A stretch of DNA of 64,000 bases, taken from assembly GCF_009914755.1 (NCBI RefSeq), contig NC_060935.1; one strand, 5' to 3'. Origin of the DNA: the human T2T-CHM13v2.0 reference genome, Homo sapiens. The notes below the pieces were generated by a model. The model saw nothing but the letters and a program-made list of their open reading frames with translations, searched no databases and was not told where the DNA came from. Position numbers and translations under genes: made by a program. How positions within the stretch are numbered: position 1 is the first letter of the stretch; each line of letters starts with the position of its first letter. Shown piece after piece: positions 12,780-24,739 of the stretch.

Positions 12780-14995
12780 AGTATTCATTAACATGTTTTT
12801 ATAGTTTTAGTTTTATACTTTTGTCTTTTAATTTCTTTAAGATAATTAAGAGATTTACATACCATGGTTCTGTATTACAATACTCTGTATTTGTCTATAT
12901 ATTTGCCTTTATCAGAGAACTTTATATATTAGTTTGCTTTTGTGTTGCTTTCATGTATCTTTTCATTTCAACTTGAAGGACTCTCCTTAGCATTCCTTAT
13001 AAGGCAGGTTGAGTGGTAATGAACTCACTTGGCTTTTGTTTTCTGAGAAAATCTTTTGTTTCTCTTTCATTTTTGAAAGATAGTTTTGCCACTATAGTAT
13101 CCTTATTTGGTAGTTTTTTTCTTCCAGCACTTTAAATATATCATCCCACAAGATTTCCTAGCCTGCAAGGTATTGGCTGAGAGATTCACTAATATTTTAA
13201 TGTAGGCTCGCTTGTGTGTGATGAGTTGCTTTTCTCTTGCTCCTTTCAAAATTTCCTTTTTGTCTTTGACAATTTGATCATAATGTGTCTTAGTGTAAAC
13301 TACTTTGGGTTCATCCTATTTGGGATTCATTCATTCTTGAATATGACAGTCCATTTCCTTCTCCAGATTTGTAAAATTTGGGGCCATTATTTCTTTAAAT
13401 AACTTTTATTTCCTGTTTTATCTCTCTTCCCCTTTGTTTGACTCTCATAATGTATATAGTTTTCCACTTGATGGTTTCCCGTAAGTCCTTTATGCTTTAA
13501 TTTTTTAAATTATTTTTTCTTTTTGCTCCTTTGATTGGTTAATTTTTAATGACCTGCCTTTAAATTTGCTGATTCTTTCTTTTGCTTGATCAAGTCTGTT
13601 GTTAAGACCATCTAGTGAAATTTTAAATTCAGTTATTATATTCTTTAGCTCTAAGATTTCTCCTTGATTTTAAAAATGTTTGTCTCATTATTCTCATTTT
13701 GCTCATACATTATTTTTCTGAGCTCATTGAGCATTTCATGATGGTTATTTTTAATCATTTGTCAGGTAATTTATTTACTTTTGTTTATTTACAGTTGGTT
13801 TCTTGAGGTACATTTTATTGCTTTAATTCGATCATGTTTTTAACTGTTTTAAAATTCATGCATTTGGAAAAACAGCCACCTCTCCCAGTCTTCATGGACT
13901 GGTTTCATACAGGAAAGATCTTCACCAATCAGCCCCGGTTGAGATTCTGGGGGCCTCTCATACCTTTTCTATGGATGTGTCTTCTCTGAGTTTGTATGTG
14001 TAAATTCCCAATTAGAATGATTTGTTGGTTTCTTACCTCAGGACCTCATTCTGTCTTGTTCCCTCAGTTGCTTCTCTGCCTCATTGCAGGTTCTCTGGAG
14101 CTGATGCAACTCACACAGTTTTTTTTTTGTTGTTGTTGTTGTTGTTGTTCCTAGCAGTTCCCAGAATTCCAGATTATTCTAGGCTCCATGAATGCTCCAA
14201 GGTGGGCAAGACAGAAATTAAGAGTAAGTTCTATCAATGAGCTAAAAGGCCTCATATGATTGTATGCAAGCTCCACTCTTACATTTCCCCACTGAGGGAG
14301 AGGCTGCTATGCTGTATTGGCTTCTGTCTGTTGTACCACAGATCTCTGGGAGCAGCAGCAAGCCACCTAGTTCTCTCTTGTTCTCTTTGGTCCCTAGCAA
14401 TCTAGGGAATGCCAAGTCCTATTCCCATCCTGAGACAGGTGAGACAGAAACTAGTCCCTCAGGAAGCCCTCCAAAATGATAGAATGTTGGACACATTTTC
14501 TAATTCTTTCCCTCCTAAGGGAGATGCTAGAAGTTAGGAATTTTCTTCTACTTTTTCTGTGTGGCGCTGGAAGGGAGGAACTATGGCAGTGAGTATGCAC
14601 TAGTCCAATCTTTTGCCTTTATTCTGCATGGCCCTTAACCTGGCACCCTTTTCTGTCACTAGTAAGAGTCAGGCAAGGTGGAAACCTCAGAAAGCCTCCC
14701 ACCCAAAAGTCTGAATACTGGAAGTATGTTCCAGGCTTCTGTATCCCTACTGAAGGAAAAGTTGAGAGCTGTTAATTTTCACTTGGTCATGCTGTGCTGA
14801 GCCATTGTGAAGGACTATACCAAATGAATACCATGAATTTTCTTACCAATTTGATGCAGCTGGTTGCATGTTTGCCTGAGGTATAGAAGCCTCTTAGCTG
14901 ATTTGTGGAATTTGTTCATGTATAGTTGTTGAGTAGGTGCCTACATGGAAAAAGGAAGGTGTGGGGCTTCCTATTTCTCTATCCTGCTGATACCC
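12780..14995 (-). mobile_element. Old L1M 5' half (ORF1 region plus 5' UTR)
   Basis: Antisense ORF1-like text CCTTAGCATTCCTTATAAGGCAGG..GTGGTAATGAACTC...TTTGAAAGATAGTTTTGC...CAGCACTTTAAATATATCATCCCAC...TTGGGGCCATTATTTCTTTAAAT; more GC-rich 5' UTR-like region 13870-14995. Confidence 0.75.
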
Positions 14996-16039
14996 TTTAT
15001 ATTTTTAAGGCACAGATTTTAATAAATATGCTTTAACTTGCTCTTACTATCTTATCATTTATATTCTCAGTGACATTATTTTTTCAAATATTTTCTCTTG
15101 TAAACTAAAGAAAATTGTGTTAAATTGTTGCTCAGAAATTATTATTTTCTCCTTGCATTTCAAGCTAGTTTTGATGTATTCTTTCTGAAGTATTTATGAT
15201 GACTTGGAAAGTCTTTGTAGAGACTCAAATTACTGCACTATACAGTAAGAAATTATACATTAGATATGATTTTATAGAATCAAAGAGGAAGAAATGGCTT
15301 TTTCTAGTATTAATGTGGCAGTATGTACGAAGTAGCTGAAGGTTTCAGAAGTATTAGGACTTATTATTCCAACGAAAAGTACTTTGGTTGGTTGGAACAT
15401 CCTAGACACATGGGTAGGTGAAAATGAGAGATATTTGAAAATCATTAAAGAAAATATTTTAAAGATTGATATAGGATATGGCAATTTACTAGATTTATGA
15501 AGGGCATAAATGATTGTTTCCTGTGCTAACAATATTTTAGATGTAAACACAACAAAGTTGCTAGCAACAAAATATTTTCTTCAAAACAAGCTTTGCCTGA
15601 TTACTAAAACTTTATATAGTACTATCCAATTAAAGGAATAAAGTGATTCTGAATTACATTTGAATTGTGAATGTTGCTCAGCAGGTATTAAATTTTCACG
15701 TAAATTACAAATTCATAACTGGATTTCATCTTTCCTTTCATTGCAGTTTTGTTCTTGCCTGTCTGAATGACACATGATAATGTGATTAATTACTCTAATT
15801 TGTCTTCAGCAAATCTTAATTTCATAGTTGCAGAGTGTATAGGTCGTCATCTCCTAACAGATATAAATCTAGTTAATAAACACATGTGATACACTGAATT
15901 TACTATAATATAATAATCCATGCAATGAAATCAGGATGTAGCAAATTAAAACACAAATGCTTAAGTAACAGTAGCAAAGATTAAGAATGATGCTCTTCTT
16001 TCAGGTTCTGCTTCAAAGTATATGCATTATCAGAAACTT

Positions 16040-16750
16040 TTTAGTATCCTCACCAGCCCAAGCTACCATAACCTTTTGGCTACTTCGATTTCCTCCTAAT
16101 TTGTATTTCTACACCTACCCTTGCTATTCTTCCATCTGTTTTTAACATCAGAATGTTCCTTTTAAAACATGTTATGTGATGTTGTGTTTCTGCTCAAAAC
16201 CCTACAATGGCTTCCCATTTCTCTAAAATTAAGTTCTATTAATGAGCTAATAGGCCCCACATAACCCAACTCCTAACATTTTTCTGAATTCATTTCTTAG
16301 TTCCCTCTGCTAGAGCCCAAAGCATGCAAGGTAAACCTTGGCTGTAGAGTCTTTGTTATACTTATTCCCTCTGTCTGGAAATTAATTTTTCCAAATATTC
16401 ATTAAGCTCACTTCCTCATTTTCTTACCCCTTTAAAATTTTTGCTCTGTCAGCTTTCAGTTTATAATTGTCACCCCCACCCGATCTTCCTCATCTGCTCC
16501 ATCATTTTTATTTTACCACAGCATTGGTCACTCTCTCAAATAATATAAAATGTATGTATTAATTTTGTTTGTTGATTATAATACATGTTGCCCATCTAAA
16601 CTGTAAACTTTGGAAGGGCAGCAACCTGTGTTGTTGTTGTTTTTTTTTATTTTTAGTTCACTGATACATTTCAAATACCTGGAATAATGTCTAGCACATG
16701 GTAGCCATTCATTAAATATTTATCAAATAAATAAATAATAAATAAATGAA
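16040..16750 (+). mobile_element. L2 3' region with (AAAT)n tail
   Basis: CTGCTCAAAACCCTACAATGGCTTCCCATTTC...TTCCCTCTGTCTGGAA...CTGTAAACTTTGGAAGGGCAG...TAGCACATGGTAG...AAATATTTATCAAATAAATAAAT. Confidence 0.8.
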
Positions 16751-18599
16751 GCAGCCTCATATTAGTTATTTTTGAGGAGAAGGGAAAAAGGCAAAAAACA
16801 GGTGTAAAAGGGTAAGTCTTTAGCTGTAACTGTACTTATTCAGAGAGGGAGAGAGAGAGCACTTTCGAGAGAGTGACAGCAGACAGATATATGGTGACAT
16901 GTTAACATATAACATCTTAATGGTATGCACATGTAGGGCTCTGTTAAAATATCACTTGTACTTTTAATATGTTTAATTTTTTATAATTGAAACTAAATAC
17001 GAGAACAGCATTAAAATCTATAAGAAACCCAAAGATAATAGGCATTCATCAGTGTCGATAAGAAATTAATCAGTGAATTATATAATTGATTACTTTATTG
17101 ATCAAGGGTATGTCTCAAATTTGGCTGATGTTAAGAAATATTATAAATGTGTAGAAATATGTTCAAAAATCCTCAAAGCATTCTTGCTTCTTTCATTACT
17201 ATCACATTTTTTCTCCACCTCTCTTATACAATATTCCTGGGTACCTATCCTGACAGTATCCTTCCCCTCAATAATATTGCTTCAGTCTCTTGGGATGCAC
17301 TAACTATAAACTTCTTGAAGGCAAGAGCTATGCCTCTTGCATATTATTCTATCCCCAGTGAAATAAAATGTTTTTAATATATGTCAAAGAATACATACAC
17401 ACTGTATGAATAGATGAATAAACTTCAGCAAGATATCATATTATCTGTATCACAAAGGCAAAGTGTTGGAGCTGTGGTAGATTTTTAAGGACAATAACTT
17501 TCTGTAACAAAAATAACAAATATCCAAATGGTAGAATTTTAGACACCATGACAAGGAATACCATGGTGTTCAGGGGACTGAGGAATCTTTCAGGTGATTT
17601 CATATCACACCAATTAGATGACTATTTTCATCTACTTAAATGACTGATTTTTCCAGCCAAAAGTAGGGATATAACTATTGGATGCCAAATCACTATGGAT
17701 TGTTCACAGGCTAGTTCAGTATCTACAGACTGAAGGTTGGTTTTTTGCTCGGTCACTTTTTCCCCCCTGTAAATCTGAAGTAGATTTCCCAGCCCTGAAA
17801 AAAATTCAACTTAAGTAAATCTGGAATTGATGCATTGCTCTATTATTTTAGGTAGAATTTAGTGCGTCAGTAAAATGCACTTCCATTAGTGTCATCTGGT
17901 GATAACAATAATCATCTATTTGAAAAGTGTTACAATGCTTAAAGAGAAGACTTTAACTATTTTTTTTTAAATTTAAAATGCATGATGACTCTAGGCTTTT
18001 TTGATCTTTTACAGAAGGGACAGTAAAGTCTTCTGTCCATAGAGAATGCCGCTGTTGAGATTGACAATCACTCTCACTTTCTCTCTTGCTTTTAGTCTTC
18101 ATGTTCATTTCTTCCCTGCTTTTCCTTATGTACTGAAAGAACATTTTCTGGAACAGTGGGATCAAGGAGCTTTGTTTGCGTCCTTAATAAGTTATGTTGT
18201 CTGGTTTCTCAGGAAATCACTGGAGGCTTTATAAATTTTGTTTTTTAATTTCGAATTTATAAAATCTGCTCCCTTTACTGTCTGACTTAAAGATGTAGGT
18301 AAGAGGCTATCACTCTTTGAACAAATATGGTACAAGTCGGGGTTAATATTTCTCTTTTCCTAAATTTCTCAGAGGAGATGGGGACAAAGAGTGGAATTAT
18401 GAAGTTGTAGTCATTTTGTGTGCTTCAGGATTATTTGAAAGTAACATTTGCTTAAATTTTAGAAGTGGACTTTGTCATTTGCTATTTTACTGATGCAACT
18501 GGAGATAATTTAGAAAGTAATATTAAAGTAATAGTAAATATAAGACAACAATAGCTTTCCAGCACAGCTGATGCCTAGAAGAATTCTCTCCTTGAACTT

Positions 18600-18860
18600 T
18601 GCTACTCATCAGTCAATGAGCATTTGGTACATACCAGGCATTGTGCTGCATGTTTTATATACATAGCCTCAAACAATCCTAAAAATGTATCTTTTAGGAA
18701 TTGCATTTGTGTTATTATCTCATTTCATAGGTAAAACTCAGGGGAGGTAAATAACTTGTCTAAGTTTATTACTTTCTAACTAATAAGTAACAAAGCCCTG
18801 ATTCTAACGCAGTTTTTTTTTTTTTTTTTTTTTTTGACTCTGAAGTCCACACTATTAATA
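18600..18860 (-). mobile_element. MIR SINE
   Basis: TGAGCATTTGGTACATACCAGGCATTGTGC...GAGGTAAATAACTTGTCTAAG...TGACTCTGAAGTCC. Confidence 0.65.
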
Positions 18861-18938
18861 CTAAAAGGAATTGCCTTCTATTTCCAACCATTTTCATTCC
18901 TCTTTTTATAACAACCAGTGGTGACTTATATTCTTTGC

Positions 18939-19232
18939 AAGGGAATTTGATGTCAGTTGGTCATAATATCACCAGAAAAATTTAGTGATTAGGAAAATTG
19001 TTAGCACAGTAATTGATTATGTTGGTATCATCAGAAGTTTGATTTCATCACACCTTAGCTAAGGAAAAAGGTGTCTTAAAAGAAAAGTTATTGAGATATC
19101 ATTTCTAAAATCACAATTATTTTGTGTTTCCTCAGTGGTTTTTCATGGAAAATATTCTGGATAGTAAAAGAATACCATTTTTAGATTTTGTCACTTCATG
19201 TGATAATTCTTTTTAGGACCACAGGAAGTGAA
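18939..19232 (+). repeat. 294-bp dispersed duplication, copy 1 (donor)
   Basis: AAGGGAATTTGATGTCAG...ACAGGAAGTGAA; 6 substitutions counted versus 21003-21296. Confidence 0.95.
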
Positions 19233-20229
19233 CATGATTAGCATTTGAAAATTTGTTGTTCTCAAGTACAAGTAAAAGCCTGTACAACTTTAAATATTTA
19301 CCATAGAATCATATTGGATAATAGTATTACTAAGGGGAAAAATCCCCTTGAACCAAAAATGTGTTAGACAAACTCTGCATCCTGACTCAGATGTTCTTAT
19401 TTTTTTGATAAAAGTATTCCAAAAAGAGAATAAAAGTTAATTTTATCACATGGATAAAATTGATCTGAACCAAAGTGATCTCTAAACAGATTGAGTTTTA
19501 TTATAGTATAAAAAAATATGCCCTCAGGTAGCATCACCTAAGGAGTAACTGAAGCCTTCAAGGTCCCCATATGTTTCTACATCTATTAAAATGCATAAAA
19601 GCCTTCCTTTATACTATTAAGTTATATTAGGTTATTGAGGATAATTACTTCAAAACTGTTTAAATCTAATCAAGTAAGATTCCTCATTTGTTTAGTTATT
19701 ATTCATTAAGCACTTACATTAATATTTAGACTTTTGAAAATTCAATAGTACTTTTTAAAAACTTGAGTCAGCTAATAGTAAGAGACACAACACAACGATT
19801 TTTTTCCTGAGGGAAGTCACATGTGTCAATACTAGTAGCTTCTCTGAATAATGGGTGTAAGGTGGCCAATGAGGAGTAGTCACGTAGAATACTTAATATT
19901 GACACAATAGAACAGATCTAGAATCCACATTTTTCTCTGGGGTGGAAGATACTTTTTTGTAGAGTCAGGAAGCCATTATGTCTACCAAAGCCTGCCTTAT
20001 CTCACAGTATGCATTGAACACAGAGGCTGAGAAAAGTAGGAAATGCCTTGGCTGCTGAAATAGAGAGAAGCCATTCCTACTTAATAAGTAACTGACAGTA
20101 GAAAATTTATAAATTATATTTTGAAGGAACTGACACTTTTTATCAGTATCATTGGTGAAAATTCTACTTAAAGAATAACTTAAGTCTTAGCATTTACAAA
20201 GATAGATAATGTTCTACAATTGAAAATCA

Positions 20230-21500
20230 GTCACAGACCCAGATGATTGCAATGAGTATGACAAACTATTATAAATGGTGCTGGGTGCTATAGTGGAAAG
20301 GAAGCATCAACCATTCTGATGGAAATGTGAGGAAATAGAGAAATCTTTCTGGGGAAGCAAGATCTGAGAAGATTTTGAGGTCTGAATAGAATTTACGTAG
20401 GCAAAGAAGGAATGCATGTGTTTCAGACAAGTGGAATTTCCTGTGCCAAGTCAGAGAGGAATGAGAGAGCATGGTGCATTCAGATAAGTGAAAGTTGCTC
20501 AGAAGGAATGGGAGCATTTATTGAATGGAGGGGATTGGTGACGCATGAAGTCAGGGAGTAGACAAGGGTCAGATATGAAATGTTACATTAATGTGTTTGA
20601 ATTATTTTCCTGAGAGTGACATGAGAGCTTATTAAAGAATTTTAAGTAAGGACATGACATAATTACATTTCTTGTTTTAGGAAAACTATTCCAGAATCAT
20701 TGAGAAGAATGTATTGAACAAGGTATGGACCAATATAGGAAGAAATCTTTTGAGTATCTTGCAAAAATTGAGGAGTGAGGTGATGAAAGCCTGAAGATAG
20801 GAAGTGTTAGGACAGAAATGAATAGAATGGAGGAAAACTGTATAAATGTTAAAATGCTACATGTAAAAATCAATTCTTTAGGTATTGAGGATTGGGAAAA
20901 AAGATTCTCAGAGGACTAGGTGGATATTTAGTGGTGCTCACTGAAATATGCAATGGGGAAACAGAGGCTGTTGAGGTATAGGGAAAGAGGGATTCAACTT
21001 GGAAGGGAATTTGATGTCAGTTGGTCATAATATCACCAGGAAAATTTAGTGATTAGGAAAATTTTTAGCACAGTAATTGATTATGTTGGTATCATCAGAA
21101 GTTTGATTTCATCACAGCTTAGCTAAGGAAAAAGGTGTCTTGAAAGAAAAGTTATTGAGATATCATTTCTAAAATCACAATTATTTTGTGTTTCCTCAGT
21201 GGTTTTTCATGGAAAATATTCTGGATAGTAAAAGAATACCATTTTTAGATTTTCTCACTTCATGTGATAATTCTTTTTAGGAGCACAGGAAGTGAATTGC
21301 TTGTGGCACATCTAGATGGAGATTCCCAGTAGCTATGAAGCCTACAACTATTGCATTAGTGAGTGAGAGCTTCACTGAAAATATAGACTTGAGAGAGGCT
21401 TCATAGGTAAGAGTTAGGCAACTGAGAAGAATGAGAAGAAAATGAAACACTCCTTAGCAAAAATTGAGGTAAAAGGGAGTGTGCTGGAAGAAGAAAAGTT
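20230..21500 (-). mobile_element. L2 fragment, interrupted at 21003-21296
   Basis: GAAGGAATGCATGTGTTTCAGACAAGTGGAA..GTGCCAAG...AAGAATTTTAAGTAAGG..ATGACATAAT...ACATCTAGATGGAGAT. Confidence 0.75.
21003..21296 (+). repeat. 294-bp dispersed duplication, copy 2 (inserted in L2)
   Basis: Same sequence as 18939-19232, offset 2064 bp, about 98% identical, no indels seen. Confidence 0.95.
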
Positions 21501-21752
21501 GAGAAATTCATTGAAAAAAGACTACAAGGAAATTCGATTCCAGCTGACAAAAGGCTGTCTCTGTTTGCAGAATTTGCATGTATTTTCTTTTTAATTTGCC
21601 AGTTTTAAACTGAAAGAACAAGAGCTGAAAGTCAATTGATAGGTCATGAGTCACCAAGTATTTGACTGTTAGTATTATGTTAACAATCTGAGTGTATCAG
21701 CCAGCAAGCTTTTCAGGACCAGCAGATGTTGCTGGGATTAAGAACATGAGGG

Positions 21753-21925
21753 TTTCCAGCTTCATCCACGTTGGGGGAGGGGGGGAATAGCATTAGGAGA
21801 TATACCTAATGTAAATGATGAGTTAATAGGTGCAGCATACGCACATGGCACATGTATACATATGCAACAAACCTGCACGTTGTGCACATGTACCCTAGAA
21901 TTTAAAGTATATATAAAAAAAAAAA
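21753..21925 (+). mobile_element. Very short L1PA (about PA4-5) 3' end with 5' inversion
   Basis: GGGGGAGGGGGGAATAGCATTAGGAGATATACCTAATGTAAATGA...GTACCCTAGAATTTAAAGTATA plus poly(A); preceded by antisense L1 TTTCCAGCTTCATCCACGT; TSD AAGAACATGAGGG / AAAACCATGAGGG. Confidence 0.88.
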
Positions 21926-23069
21926 CCATGAGGGGAGATGAGCACAAGATGAAAGGCCCATAGAAATGCTTTTAAAAAAATGAACAACAGGAATTGCTAA
22001 TAATTTAAGGGACAAGAAAAAGGAATGGAAGGCTTGGGGACTGATGGCAGTGCAAAGACTTAATTTCCCATTGCATTAGCTTAGCAAAAAGTATCTGGGT
22101 GGTCCATCACCACACTCTTCCCTCTTGGGAGCAAACTACAGCCAAAGACATCTGGAATGGTTGTTTGAAAAATATATATATATGGGGAGAAATCTTGACA
22201 TATTATCCTAAGAAGCAAATTAGGGTAATATGTGTAATGTCTTAAATCTTTTTGCAATGTTATGAAATTGATGTATTAACTAATATGGTTTCCAAGTAAT
22301 AGAAAGATGGAAATGTTTAAGATTGTGGCTAAAAAAACACATTAACAGCAATACATTATTCTAAATACTGAGGCTCAGTAAATTCTGAAAGCACATCTAC
22401 AACTATAGAATAATAAAGAAATAATAAAACAAGAGATAGGCCCAAATGCTAAATGTAGAAATCCCGAAGCAACATTATCCTCTAATTGTCCTAAATCATG
22501 TGGTTTATGAGCAAAGAGCCAGCACCTACATTCTAATTGCTGGCCATGAGTCAGCGATCACTGACTTTCTTCCTCTAACAGGGCCTTGACCTTGGTCTGG
22601 ATTAGTGGGAAATTAACACACTCGTCTTGAAATTTTAAATACTTGAGCCTGAATCTACCAAATCAGGACATTCAGATTTTTAAAAACCTTCAAGAGTTAT
22701 GTTTTGAGAGTTCTTAGAAGATGTCTCAAACATGATCAAGAAAATATCTCCATCATCAATTCGACTAGTTACCTGGTGATACTACTAATTTTCCACTTGT
22801 CTCCTGCCTAGACTCCCACTCCCACTAAATGTAAAAATGTCACTACATTTTTCAGACACTGCCAGGAACCTCCATAGCTTCTACAGAGTTCTGCAGTCTG
22901 ATGCTGCAGGGCATTGCCAGCTCTTGCCAGTCTCATGCTGTGATGGGACACAGGAAGTGATCACTGGGCTGTGTAATTTTCTTTTGTGAAAGAAGGAGGG
23001 ATTGGCTTTCATTCTCTTGTGTTATATCCTGTTAGAGGGTTCTAAAGCAGCATTCCGTTGGTACCAAAG

Positions 23070-23560
23070 TCCATTTATTCATGGAGCAAACATTTAAAGA
23101 ATGTGTACTCAGTCCAGTCATAGTGCTTGGTGCTGGATATAAAATAGTTAGCAAAAGCACCCACGTTAAGTAGAAGAGCCAGACTTTACTCAAATAAGTC
23201 CAATAATGACGCACACAAGACCACAATCAGAGGAAGAATTCTAAAGGAAGAGACTGCTATGAGATTTGAAGGATTAGTAAGCACTAGCTAAGTAATGTAG
23301 GGATGCACAGAGTGGGAACAAGGGGTCCATTATCACAGCAAAAGAAATCACCCAAAGATTCTGTGCCAGTTGGAGTGTGAAACTTCTCAGGATCTGAAAA
23401 AATCCAGAGTAGGTAAATTACAGAGAGAATGCTGCAACCTGATGCCTATAAGAGCTAGAATAGCCTCGTTAAGGTCTGATGTCTTACTGAAGAGCAAAGT
23501 ATTATAAGCTGGGTGGTGAGAGGAGTAAGTGTCCTTATCAAAGTAGTGAACTGCTGTAGA
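23070..23560 (-). mobile_element. L2 fragment
   Basis: CATTTATTCATGGAGCAAACATTTAAAGAATG...GTGCTTGGTGCTGGATATAAAATAGT. Confidence 0.55.
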
Positions 23561-24179
23561 GTTGATTAAAGACAGGTAAGATTTATCTGAAGAGAGAGAA
23601 AACTTTGGTGTTTTATATAGAGTCCCCTCCCATCCCCTTCACTCACATTCTCATTAACACTGATTTAGAATCTTAGAATCTAGTCTGAGGAAGTGGCTGT
23701 ACTTGGAGATCAATCTAAGAAACAGCTTATTGCAGTCAGATTTGTTCCTCTCCTCTGATTCTGGCTTTCAAACTGGGTCCACCTTTTTGTTCATGGCTCT
23801 GTAAGATGCACCTTATTAAAATTAACTTTAGATAGGACTCTTCCAGCAATTTACCAAAGATGTCCAGCCCTTTTTGTACCCCAACCCGTTACATTTCAGC
23901 TGGGATCCCCACTCTATCAGGACACAGAAAGTGCATCTTCTTCAGTGCTCAAAACCTCAGTGTCCTTAAAATATCCTGTATTGATGTATCAGCCCCTCAA
24001 TTCAGAGAAGATAGTTCCTCTGATCATATGACTTCATCATTTCATCCCATAAATTGGGATTTATGATCCAAATAATAGTCACTCTTTCATTGAGTCTGTA
24101 ACATCTAGATTAATGTACATGTTTTGTGGTTTCCATTATCATATCTGGTTAACAACACCAACTATAAAATTTAAAGGCA

Positions 24180-24739
<560 letters not shown>

